Source of the DNA: Blastocladiella emersonii ATCC 22665
Taxonomy: Eukaryota > Fungi > Blastocladiomycota
Direction of reading: 5' to 3'
DNA length: 64,000 nt
Assembly (NCBI GenBank): GCA_025594325.1
Contig: JANHCV010000001.1
Coordinates: 1,426,001 to 1,490,000 of the forward strand
Shown: in pieces, positions 24,364-36,199 of the stretch
Layout: each line of letters opens with the position of its first letter
Position numbering within the stretch: position 1 is the first letter of the stretch
Program-made: the position numbers and the translations under genes
The notes under the pieces: model-generated
What the model was told of the DNA's origin: nothing
The model's database searches: none
Seen by the model: only the letters and a program-made list of their open reading frames with translations

Positions 24364-24811
24364 TTACGCCTTGCCGGGGAAGCACTCGGCAATGGTCTTG
24401 CTGTGCTACATGACGTGAACGCAAGGGAGCGAGGAGTCAGTCGGAGCTCGCACGGCGATCGACGAGCGCTCATAACACGAACCTTGTTCTCGGCGTGCTG
24501 AGTGAGCAGCGTGGCGTTGGCGGTGCCGAGGAAGGTCTGCTTGCAGATGGTGCACTGGATGCTCTTGGCGGCCTCGTTCTGTTCGGGTCGAGCGGGAGCG
24601 GGATCAGCAAACAACGGTCGTGGAGGCAACGGGTGAAGAGGACACGGACCACTTTGAGCTGCGACTTGGCGTCGCCGCCGGCCTTCTTGGCGTTGCGCTC
24701 GCGCTTCTGGGCAGCCTTGGCTCCGTTACCCTGTGTTCAGGGGCAAGCGAGGTGGGCACGGTGAGCCTTGGTCGCCGCAACGGCGCTATGCATGCGTGAA
24801 GGCCCCACCAT
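24364..24811 (-). CDS. ZNF706: ZNF706/4F5-family small C2H2 zinc-finger protein, 72 aa, 4 exons (first coding exon is only ATG)
   Basis: Exons 24811-24809, 24730-24653, 24578-24483 and 24405-24364 give MGNGAKAAQKRERNAKKAGGDAKSQLKNEAAKSIQCTICKQTF...QHAENKHSKTIAECFPGKA. Confidence 0.85.
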
Positions 24812-25197
24812 GGTGATGACAAGGAGGGTAATTCGTTGCAAGGAGTGATCTCGGATTCGAGTGTCGCTAGTTGCGCTCGAAAGGGGAGCGAGCGCGTCAA
24901 GGGATGGTCGCGGCCGCACAGCGTTGCGCGCGGCAGAGTGGAAGGCACGCGAGCGCGTGATTAGGGCGCCACCCCCGTCGGGCTCGACGCGAAGCGCCGT
25001 CGAGTCAGTGCGCACGGTTCTTTCTCCCCACCCATCCAGCGCGACTCGCCGCCCATGAATCGCTCCATGTAACCGGCCCTCGCCTCGCGTCGCGCACCTC
25101 CTCGAGCGCACCCACCGACCCACCCACCGAGCCCGTCCATTCACCGCCTCCGCCACGCCCGCCCGCCCGCCCGACCCAGCCGCGCCGCTGGCCTGCC

Positions 25198-28100
25198 ATG
25201 ACCGGCCCGCAGACCCGAGCGAGTGCGAAAAAGTCCCGCGGATCTGCCTCCGCCGCCGCCGCCGCCTCTGCCGTCGACGACCCCGACCCGCTGCAGCCCA
25301 AGCTATCGTTCCGCCGCAAGGCCGACATCGACGCCTGGGAGGGCCTGCCGCCCGTCCGCACCGCCGACGACGTCACCGAGGCCCACCTCGCCAGCATCTA
25401 TCGCGGCCGCCCCGACCGCCAGCGCCTGTGCCCGAACAAGATCGTGCCCATGGCCCTGCCGCCGCCGCCCGAGGGCGCCGCCGCCCTGCTCCCGCTCCCC
25501 GCGCCCGTCGTGCCAGAGTCGGTCCCCGATGGGCCGCCGCCGCCGCCGCCGCCGCCGCCGGCACCCTCGGTCCCCGCCCTCGCCGTGGCGCCGGTGCTCA
25601 AGCTGCTGCCGCCGAAGCTGCTCCCGCCGTCGCTCTCGCCGCCTTCCATCAAGCCGCCCTCGCTGGACCCTCCCTCCGCTGACCCGGCGGCCGCGACGAC
25701 GGATCCCGTTCCCGAGCAATCCGCACCCGCACCTCCTTCCCCACAACCGACTCCCTCGCCGACCCGACGCTCTCCGACCGCGGCCCCCGCGCAGCCCGAT
25801 CGACCGGCCTCGGCTCCGGCCGCCGTGAGCGCAGCTTCTCCAAGGAGCCCGGCCCCTGCCGCCAACGGGACCGGTGCCTCGGCCTCGACGATCATCAGTG
25901 TCGCCCCTGCGCCGACCGGCACCGCCACCGAAGATCTCGCCGCTGCCCGCGCCGCGCTCGACCGCGGTGACCTCGACGCCATCCCCGACCTCCTGGGTCG
26001 CGGCTCGGTCAGCACCGACCTGTCGACGCCGTCGTGCGAGACCATCGAGATGGACTCGGACGGCGAGATCATCTCCGTGGCCAACCGCCCGCCCGAGAAC
26101 CCGCACTGCAACCGCCGCGTGTGCAAGACCAACCCGAACTGCATCAACTTTGTCGGATTCGAGCAGTGGGAGACCCCGGGTACGCTGCTTGACGCATACC
26201 TCGACGTTCGCGGGCGCTGACACTGGCACTCGTCCGTGCAACGACTAGAAATGTTCCAGCAGTTTCTCGCCGGGCGCATGCGCGACCACGGCCACCCGTG
26301 GGACCCCAACGTGGAGCGCGCGCTCATCGAGTACGGGGCCCCGACGGCGGTCGGGCTGCCCAACTACGGCGCAACGTGCTACGCCAACAGTCTGCTGCAG
26401 GTACGGCTCGGCCTTGACGGGAGCAAGTCCACTCGTACTGACCGCGGCGCACTTCTAGGTCTGGTTCTCGATCTCTCCGCTCCGCGAGGAAATCTACAAG
26501 CGCGCCGCCGTCGACCCCATCTTCGAGCACTTCTCGCGCGTCTTCGCCCACATGCAGTGCAGCAAGCTGCCCATCTACTGCCCCGAGCCGCTGCTGGCGT
26601 ACCTCGAGCTCGCTAAGAACATCCAGCAGGACGCGCAGGAGTTCGGCAAGCTCATCTTCCAGCTCATGGACGAGCGCGACCCGTCCTTCGACTCGCCCAA
26701 GTACCTCGGCGGCACCAACGCGTTCGTGACGCAGTGCCTGCAGTGCCACTCCGAGTCGCGGTCCGAGGCCACGTTCCACGAGGTGCTCCTGCACCCGTTC
26801 GCCAACGCGACGGTCGAGGCCATGCTCGAGGCCGCGCTGAAGCCCGAGGTCATGGACGGCGACAACGCCGTCAGCTGCGCCGTGTGCCAGTCGCGCCAGC
26901 CCGCCGAGCGCCGCATGGAGCTGTCGCGTGTCTCGTCCACGCTGTGCCTGCAGGTCGCGCGCTTCTCCTACAACGTGCGCACCCAGTCCAAGCTCAAGAA
27001 CCAGCACACGATCCGCGCCCCGCACCGCATCGTGCTGCCGGGCAACCTCGGCGTCTACCACCTCGCGGGCATGGTCCTGCACAAGGGCAAGAACGCCAAC
27101 TACGGCCACTACGTCGCCCGCGTCCTCGCGCCCGACGGGTCCCGGTGGCGCACCTTTGACGACGACAAGGTGACCCACGCCGACTCGCTCCCCGATCCCG
27201 TCGTGTCCAACGAGGTGCGCATCGCGTCGACCGTGCGCGCGCGGACCTGCGACTGACGACGACGTTCCCGTTGTGTAGGTGTACCTCCTGTACTACACCG
27301 AGGAGCAGACGCTCGCGTACTCGCAGTTTGCCAAGACCCAGCCCGCGCCGCCGCCCGAGATCCTCGAGGGCGTCCAGGCCGAGAACACGGTGTGGAACAA
27401 CCAGCTGATCGAGTACTTCAACGTGTACGCGTCTTCTTTTCCCTTCGTCAACGCCTTCGGCTGACCTCGTACCTTGCATTCTCCTCTCTAGCCGCCAGCA
27501 GTGTGTTGCCGAGTTCGAGAATTTGCGCGGACTCCGCCGCCAGCTCTTCAACGCACTCAAGCTGCCAGGAGTCGCGGTACGTTTGCTCGCTTTGATTGAA
27601 CTCGCAAGAGCCTGCGCGCTGACCTCGTGATGTGTAGGATCCGTGCGTCTTCCTGCCCGCGTCGTTCCTCGAGGCGGTCGCGCTGCAGCCCCATCCCGTT
27701 GCGATGCTCGACTACCACGAGTTCCTGTGCGGCCACGGGTTCATCGACCCGCGGCGCATGGATGGGCTCAAGCGCGTGGCCCCGGCTGCCGCGCACTGGA
27801 TCGTCCAGCACATGCCGGGCATCACCGCAGGCCATCAGCTTGCCGGCGATGCGATGCGATGCCGGCAGTGCATCGCGGACGTGCTCGGCGAGGAGCAGCG
27901 GGTGCGGACCGAGAAGAAAAACTACGAGCACTTCACGCAGTTGCACGTCCCGTCGACGGCGGCCATGGTCAAGGGGATCGAGTCCGCCGAGCCCGTGTGG
28001 GTGTCGCGCGCGTGGCTCACGGCGTGCCGGCGCACGCACCGGCTCATGGACCCGTCGGGCGGCGCGGCCGACCTGTACTGCGTGCACGGCGAGCTCGCGC

Positions 28101-29686
28101 CCGACCCGACGGTGCGCGAGGTGCTCAACCCGGCGCCCGCCATGCTCCTCACCAGCGTGTTCACGTCCTTCACGTGCCCGAACGTCAACTCGCCCGTGTG
28201 CGCCGAGTGCCACGCCGTGTGGCAGGCCCAGCAGGACCAGCTGTCCGCCATGGCGCGCCGCGCCACCGCCGAAAAGGCGCTCCTGCTCAGCGCCATGCCC
28301 GCGCCGCTCCCGCTCGCCGACAGCACGCCCGTTGCCGTACACCTCACCGAGCTCGCGCGCAGCGGAATCACCGTGGTCCCGGCCCCGTTCATCGCGTGGG
28401 ACCCGCGCGCGCCCGTCGCCGACGAGAACGCCGTCATCGTCCCCGCCGCCTTCATCGCGCAGTGGCACCGGTGGATCAAGGCGCCGACGGCCGACGCGCA
28501 GCCCACCGTCGACTCGTTTGACGCGGCCATGCAAGCGCTGCGGTGTGACGACCACGGCAAGCTCGCGTGGGACCCGCGCGCTCGCGTCGACCGCAGCTTC
28601 AGCGAGTTTGCCCTGGTCCCGCACGACGCGTGGCGCACGATCGCGACGCAGTACACGGTCCCCGACCCGCTCACGGTCGCGGCCGCCGACGTCTGCGCCG
28701 AGTGCCGCGCGCACCGGATCGCGTGTACCGAGCTCGAGGTGCACGTTCTCAAGACGTCCGAGTCGCGGCAGCGCGCCGCGGCCGCTGCGGCAGCGGGGGC
28801 GGCGGACTCAACCACACCCGTCGCCGGCACGAAGCGCACGCGCAGCCGCGGCGTCGAGACCACGGTGCTCATGGTCAAGCCGTCGGAGACGGTCAAGGAC
28901 GTGCTCGTCGAGCTCATCTCGTTCGCCGACGCGGCGCCCATCGACATGTCGCTGTACGCGGACGGCGGCACCCGGCTGCTCGACCAGCGCGACGCCAACG
29001 TCCTCGACGCCGGCATGTACCACGGGTCGGTGCTCACGCTCACGACCGCGGCGATCGTCATCAGCGACGACGAGGACGAGGAGGACGAGCTCGTGGCCGA
29101 CGGTAAGACCGTCAAGCGGCGGCGCAAGAAGACCAATGAGGTCGGGTTCGGCGGGATCCTCAGTGGGAACGGGGCTACTGGGTCCGGGCCCGTGCCCGCG
29201 TCTGCGGCGTCGCCCGTCGCGCCGCCGCCGCCACTGCAGCAGCAGCAGCAGGTGCAGCAGCAACAGTACGTCTCGCAGTCGCAGGTGCCACGCGCGGGGG
29301 ACACGACCGAGGAGGACGCGGCGCTCATCGCCAAGCTCATGGCCGAGTCGCCCACGCCACCGCCGCCGCCACGGCCCGCGAACGGGATCGGGAACGGGAT
29401 CGAGGGCCGCGGGTTTGCGAGCGAAGCGCCCATGGACGACCCGGCGCAGTGGTTACCGCCAGGCGCCGAGTATCGTAATGGGCTCATTATCATCCCGCCC
29501 GTTCGCGACCAACACGCGCCTGCCCACGCGCACGCCGACGCCATGGCCGGGATCCGCAACACCGGCGACGACGACGAGGGCGAGTTCGAGCAGCTCCCGC
29601 CGCCGCGCGCGTGCGGCGTGTGCACGTTCCTGAACACGTTTGACCGCGAGACGTGCGAGATGTGCGACACGCCGCTGTCCGGGTGA
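25198..29686 (+). CDS. USP48: Ubiquitin C-terminal hydrolase, USP48/UBP26-like, with C-terminal UBL, UIM-like helix and NZF finger
   Basis: CKTNPNC N-terminal motif, Cys box GLPNYGATCYANSLLQ, His box VLHKGKNANYGHY...FDD, DUSP-like segments, UBL followed by GFGG, and CxxCTFLNx6CEMC. Confidence 0.82.
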
Positions 29687-29743
29687 TTACTTAAGGGGTG
29701 GCGGATTGATATACAAACTGTGGAGGCACTGACTCAAACACAC

Positions 29744-31157
29744 TCAAACCTCGTGCCACTCGACCTTCTCGCCAGGCACCGTCATCCACGGCTCGCCGAG
29801 GGGCACGCCGTTGAGGAACCGCTGGAGCCAGATGGGCTGCTCGTCAAAGTACCCGTCGTCGGCCCACGCCTGCATGTCGTCGGCGGGGAACGGGCCGTAC
29901 CGCTCGCTGCCGGGCTCCGCGTCCCACGCGTACGTGTAGGTGATGGCGCGGTCGGCGGCGCGCGGGTGCACAGGGACCCAGTCGCGCGGCACGTGGCCGT
30001 CGTCGCGCAGGTCGCTGACCAGGTCCTCGTACTCGGCCGCGTACACGTCGGGCATGGCGTGGGCGTCGTCGGCCGCGAGCAGGCGGTCGGCCAGGTCCGT
30101 GATCAGCGCCACGTCCTCGCGCGCCCATTTCGAGGACAGGGGTTCGGGTTCGGGTTCTGTGAGGGAGGGCGCGGGCTTCTTGCGGGAAGCGAGCGCGGGC
30201 CGCACGATGCGGCGGTTGAGGCGGGCGAGGGCGAGGGTCACGGACTCGCGCGGGCGCAGCAGGCCGGCGAGCTGCATGAGCATGCCGTGGTGGCCGAGGC
30301 GCGCGAGCTCGGCGGACCGCGCAGCGACGGCGGCCTCGTGCTCCTGGCGCTGCTGCTCGCGCGCCTTGTGGGCGAGCGCGGCGGCCTCCATGTCCTCGTC
30401 CGTCACGCCGGCGAGCCAGCCGTCGAACCGCGCGTTCTCGTCGGCCTTGCGGATGTACGTGCCGGCCTCGTCGAAACCGCTACACGGGACGGGAGTCGTC
30501 AGTACACGGTCGCGAGTGCGAACGCGTAGTTCTCGTACCCGTCGCGCATCTCGGCGCGCATGTTGAACGGCTCGATGGCGATCCCGCCGTTATCGTCGTT
30601 GTCAAAGTCGGTCGTGGTGGGCCCGAGGACCTCGGCCTCGAGGTCGGCCTCGCTCAGCGGCAGGATCTTGCCCTTGCGCTTTTTGCTCTTGGCGTCGTCG
30701 TCGTCGTCATCGAACATGTCCTCGTCGCCATCGGCATCCTCGTCGTCGTCCGAGTCGCCTGTGGCGGCGTCGCGCAGGCTCTGCCGTGGTTTCCGAGCTA
30801 CGGGTGGGCGCGAGTGTTAGGGTACGAGGTTCGCGGACACGCGAGGGTCTAGGGTCTCGTACGTTTGCCAATGTCGCCGTCCATGTCCACATCGTCCTCA
30901 TCCTCGTCGTCCTCATCCTCGTCGGCGATCCCGTATCCCGGTCCCGCGCGCACCGAGCTGGACGACGGAGCCGCTCTCGCAGACGGTTTACGCTTAGCGC
31001 GGATCCCGTACGCGTCGTCGTCGCGCGACTCGGCGAACTGGACGCGGGCCTTCTTGGGCCGCGCGCCGCTGTTGCTGCCGCCGCGGCGATCGGGCTCGGG
31101 CTCCGGGTCCGTGGGCCGGCGTTTGCGGTCAGTTGGGTCTCTTGATGATGGATTCAT
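29744..31157 (-). CDS. CD2BP2: U5 snRNP 52K / CD2BP2 / Lin1 with C-terminal GYF domain
   Basis: GIAIEPFNMRAEMRDG/GFDEAGTYI, DGWL, and YGPFPADDMQAWADDGYF. Three exons. Confidence 0.88.
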
Positions 31158-31460
31158 AGCGGGTTTGTGCGCTGCTGAGGAAGAGAAAGGGATCAGCGCG
31201 ACGAGAAGTGGGAGCTCCACGTGCGTCTCCCGGCCCGGCTGAGCCGACCTGCGGCTGCTGCCGCCTCTCCCATCCTCCCATCGCGCGCGCCGCGCCCATC
31301 GCCCGCCGCTCCCCGGCAACCACGACGAATCGACTCTCCGGCGCGCGACGCTGACCTCCACTTCCTGCAATGTAAACTGTCCCCGGCCAATGGAATCCCC
31401 GCGCGTCCCGCTGACGCCACGGCGCCGCCCGCCTCTGTAGACCCGCCACTCTCGCCCACG

Positions 31461-31798
31461 ATGCAGATTGCCAAGCAGCTCAAGAAGTCGGTGTCGCTCG
31501 CCTACTACCGGTACGAGCTGACGACGGCGCTGTACATGCTCGATTTCTGGGAGAAGTGCATCTTCAGTACGCTGCTTCTCGCTGAATGAGACCGGCCCTC
31601 CGCTGACCACGCGCCCGACCGACAGACTCGTTTGTGCTGCTCGGCTTCGCCCTGTTCCTGTACACGTCCATCAACTACATGCCCGAGACGGTCCAGGAGT
31701 GGGTGCGCGCCACCACCGAGTACTTCCCGACCACGCTCGGCCCGCTGCTCGAGACGGCCATCGGCGCCATTGCTCCGCCCGTCATGGTCGAGCTCTAG
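31461..31798 (+). CDS. SPTSSA: Serine palmitoyltransferase small subunit (ssSPTa-like); intron 31567-31625
   Basis: YYRYELTTALYMLDFWEKCIF/NSFVLLGFALFLYTSINYMP matches ssSPT. Met in LYML as in ssSPTa. Confidence 0.85.
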
Positions 31799-31887
31799 TT
31801 TGTGACTCTCCCTTCCCACTCACATTGCGCTTACACACATATAATAATAAACTGTTCATTCCGCCTGCCCACCGACGACATCATCGA

Positions 31888-33682
31888 TCAGGACCCGCGC
31901 TTGGCCGGCGACACAGGCGGCGACGCCGGGATCGGGACCGCGGCGGCCGCGCGCGTGGGCGACGCCTCGCGCGACTGCTGGCCCTGCGGCGACGCACCCC
32001 TTGCGGCGGGCATGGCCGTAACAGAACTGTTGGTCAACGACCGAACGCGGCGACGCGGCGCGTATCGCAGATACAGCTCGTCGCGGAAGTGGACGTGACG
32101 GATGCCGGGGTCGCGGGCCTGCGCGAACGCGTCGATCGCGTCGGCCACGGGCACGCCGTGCTCCTCGACCAGGAAGGACGCCAGCATCAGGCCCGTGCGG
32201 TTGAAGCCATAGTGGCAATGTACACAAATCTCGGCGGTCGGGTGCGCGGCCCAAAAGTCGCGGAGAGTCAGGATGAAATCGGCGACCTCGTCGCGCGACG
32301 GCGGGATCTTGGACGTCGTCGACACCTTGCGGTACGCGATGCCGCGCTCGACGAGCGACCGCGGGTCGTACGGCGGCGTGTCGCGCGAGATGTCGACGAC
32401 GAGCTTGACGTTCGGGTACTGCTTGGCGAGCGCCGCGGGCGAGTGGACGGGGTCGGTCTCGCGTAGCACCTTCATCCCGCGCACGCGTGTCACGGTCCCG
32501 TCGCGCAGGGTGATGACGTTGCCGACGGACGGCGTGGCCTGCCACTTGGCGTAGTTCTTGAGCCCCCACTTTTCGGCGGGCGGGTCCTGCGGCACCACGC
32601 GCGCCGGGTCGAGCGCGGCGACGCCGCAGTACTGGACGAGGAACGGCGTCGCAACCGCGTGCACCATGTCCGTCTCCTCGAGCATCAGCTGGTGGCCGGC
32701 GCCCGGGAAAATGTACGGTTCCGGGTGCGGTGCGCCCGATAGGAGCTCGTCGAGGAGCGCGAGGTTGAGCTGCGGCGGGGTAGCCGTATCGCGCTCGCCG
32801 CCGAGCAGGAGCACGGGGACGCGCACGCGCGCGTAGTCCTCGGGCGTGGCCCACGTCGTGCCGCGCAGCATCGACTGGACCTGGAAGTTGGACAGGTGCT
32901 CGTTCCACGCGAGCTGCCGCCACCGCTGTGCTTCGGGGACCGCGGGCCCGACGTACCGGCCGACCGACGCCGAGTACGGCCCGCCCCACCGGTCGAGCTT
33001 GCGGAACACGGTCAGCAGCCACGACGGCAGCGTCGCCTGCTTCATGGCCTTGCGCCGGTCGTCGGGCGAGATGAGCGCTTTCGGGGTGAGGAACACCATG
33101 CCCAGGATCCGCGACCCGAGCGCCGGCCGCACCGCGAGGTGCGTCCCCATGCAGCACCCGTACGAGTGGCACACGAGCACGAACGGGGTGTCGCCCGGCA
33201 CCAGCGCCTGGATCGCGGCCTCGAGGTCCGCCACCATGCTCAGCGTCGCGTAGTCGGCCGCGGCGCCCGTGTCGGGCGACAGCCCGTGGCCGACGTTGTC
33301 GATGCCCACCACGGTCGCGGCCGACGCGAACAGCGACATGAGCGGGCCGTACTGGTTCAGGTTCCCACCGAACCCGTGCAGGAACACGAGCGTCGGCGCC
33401 GCGGGCCCGTTGGCGTGCGTAGCGCGCACGACGTGCAGCTGTTTCCCGCGCACTGGGAGCAGCACGCTGTGTTTCGCAATGAACGGGTGCAGCGCCAGGA
33501 CTACATGAGGGCGTCGCTTAGCGGTGATGCGGCATGCGTGTGCGGAAGCAAAGCAGCGTACGCTCGCGCTTGCGGCGGTCCCACGCCGCCATGGCCGCGC
33601 GGCGGCGCCACCACAGTGCGGCAAAGACGAGGAGCGCGGCCAGTGCCGACCGCCGGCCGGGCCAGGTTACTAGTTGCATCAT
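31888..33682 (-). CDS. Alpha/beta-hydrolase fused to a dual-specificity (RNA-triphosphatase-like) phosphatase, with N-terminal membrane anchor; intron 33561-33501
   Basis: FLHGFGG, CHSYG nucleophile elbow, GAGH, then VHCHYGFNRTG P-loop. N-terminal SALAALLVFAALWW. Confidence 0.82.
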
Positions 33683-33928
33683 GTTGCTTGCGTGAATGCG
33701 AATTCGTTCGTGCAAGCGACGGAGGAGAGGGAGGGCGGCGGCCGCGGTCCCTGAAAATTCACGGCCGCTCGCGAACCGAAAACGCGTCGGCGACGCTCAC
33801 GTGGTGCCGTGTCTCCGGAGCGTCTCGCGTTTTTTCGGCCGCGGTGATCGGCGCGCGCACCATCGATCCCCCTCGCTTCTCTCTCACTCGTAAATACAAT
33901 GAAGAAAATGCCATCGACAGCAAACGCA
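33683..33928. promoter_or_regulatory. Short divergent (probably bidirectional) promoter between the hydrolase-DSP gene and the cryptochrome
   Basis: About 245 bp between two divergent ATGs. No specific motif identified. Confidence 0.4.
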
Positions 33929-35670
33929 ATGGCGCGCTCGTCGCTGCTGTGGTTCCGGCGCGACCTGCGCCTGCACGACCACCCGGCGCTGCTGCACGCC
34001 GCGGGCGCCGGGCCCAACGCGACGGCCGCCGCGAACCTGTTCCCTGGTCCGTTCACGTTCTAGTTGCAGCGAACGACGACCGTGCTGACTGTCAGAACCA
34101 TGAAGTGTACTGCCTCGAGGTGCCGACCAAGAAACGGTGCGGGCACCGGCGGTGGATCTTCCTCCTCGAGTCGCTGCGGGACCTGGACAACTCGCTGCGC
34201 GCGCTCGGTTCGCGCCTGTTCGTCGTGCGCGGCCGCGCGCCCGAGGTGCTCCCGCTCGTCGTCCGCGCGTGGTCCGCGACCGAGGTGCTGGTGCAGTCGA
34301 GCCCCGAGCCGTTCGCGAAAGCGCGCGACGCGGACGTGGCGGCGGCGGTGGCCCCGCTCGGGTGCGAGTTCCGCGGGTTCGCGGGCCGCAACCTGTTTGA
34401 CGTCGAGTCGGTCGTCGACAAGTCGGGCCACGTGCCGCTCACCATGACGGCGTTCGCCAAGCTCGCGGAGCGCGTACCCGTCCCCGCGCCCGAGCCCGCG
34501 CCGACGTGGCTGCCGGGTGTTGGGGGAGGGATCGAGCAGCTGCGCGCGGCGCTCGACCCGGCCACGTTCGCGGCGCTCGCCGGGCCCGAGGGCGATTTCT
34601 CGGTGCCGCGCGTCGACGCCGCGGCGCAGACGGTGCCCGAACTCGGGTTTACGGCACCCGTACCCGCCGAGGAGCAGTCGCCGCATCGCGGCGGCGAGAC
34701 CGAGGCGCTGCGCCGACTCGACGCGTACATGAGCGACCCGGGCCGCGTGGCGCGGTTCGAGAAGCCCAAGACGTCGCCGGCGGCGTTCCCGCCCAACGCC
34801 GACACCACGGTGCTCAGCCCGTACGTGACGTACGGGTGCCTCTCGCCGCGCACCTTTCTCGCGCGCATCGAGGACGTGTACCGCGAGGTCGGGCCCAAGA
34901 AGCACACGCAGGCGCCCGTGTCCCTCAAGGCGCAGCTGTACTGGCGCGAGTTCTTCATGGCGCACGGGGCCACGGTGCCCGATTTCGAGCGCGTGTCCCC
35001 CGCGAACCGCGTGTGCAGCGACGTCGGGTGGCGGTCCGGGCTGCCCGGCGAGGACGGGGCCGAGGACCTCGCGGCGTGGGCCGAGGCGCGCACCGGGTAC
35101 CCGTGGATCGACGCGGCCATGATGCAGCTGCGCAACGAGGGGTGGATGCACCACCTGGCGCGGCACAGCGTGGCGTGCTTCCTCACGCGCGGCGACCTGT
35201 ACGTGAACTGGGAGCGCGGGGCCGAGGTGTTCGAGGACCTGCTGCTCGACCACGACTGGGCCCTGAACCGCGGCAACTGGCTGTGGCTGTCTGGAACCTC
35301 GGCCTTCTTCCGCACGTACTGGCGCGTCTACTCGCCCGTCAAGTGGGGGCAGGGGTTCGACCCCGACGGCAAGTTCATCAAGCGGTACCTCCCCGTGCTC
35401 GCCAGGATGCCCAAGCAGTACATTTACGAGCCGTGGAAGGCGCCGCTGGCCGTCCAGAAGGCCGCCGGGTGCGTCGTCGGCGTCGACTACCCGAAACCCA
35501 TGCTCGACCACGCCGCCGCGTCCAAGGCGAACATGGCCAAGATCAAGGCCGCGCTCGCAGCGATCCGCGACGGTGGCGGCGAGGGTGCCCGCGAGGACGA
35601 GGCGGGGGGTGGCGACGATGCTGAGGAGGAGGCGCGCGACCGCCCGAAGGCGCGGGCCAAGCGCCGGTGA
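33929..35670 (+). CDS. Animal-like cryptochrome / (6-4) photolyase; intron 34047-34105
   Basis: LLWFRRDLRLHDHPAL, SPYVTYGCLS, LYWREFF, TGYPWIDA, WMHHLARHSVACFLTRGDLYVNWERG, NRGNWLWLS, YIYEPW. Confidence 0.92.
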
Positions 35671-36199
35671 TCATTTCAAATAAACACGCGTGCGGTGCTT
35701 TCGCGATCGGGGAGGGATGGCGGGAGACACGCTGCGAAGCAGGTTCATGCAACCGAAACGTGACCACGCGTCGCACACGCGCACGTTTTCGCCGGCCGCG
35801 GCTTTTCTCACCTCGCCTCCGCCCGGCCGCCCGTGCGCCAATTTACGCTCCTCCCCATCCCGTCCCTCAACGGAACTCAAGACTCGCACCCCTTGCACAC
35901 TTGCTCGCCCCCGCGCATGGACTAGACTTCGCCCGCGCGCCCCTCCCCGCTCGTCCCCGCCAACTCTACGCCGTCGCGGCGACGACGCCATCGCACCCCC
36001 AGCGGGCACGGCAGCTCCATGGACTAGCGACTCGCTGCAATGTACTAGATGCATCCCTGCCCACCCGCACGCAAGGCTGACAGCGAGAGCGCGCGCGGGT
36101 AGACTTGCCTCTTTCCTGATCTTGCGCTACCGCTACCGCTCCACAGCGTTCGCGGACCTTCCCTCCCCAACGACCTCGTCCTCGTCCGCAGGAGCCACC

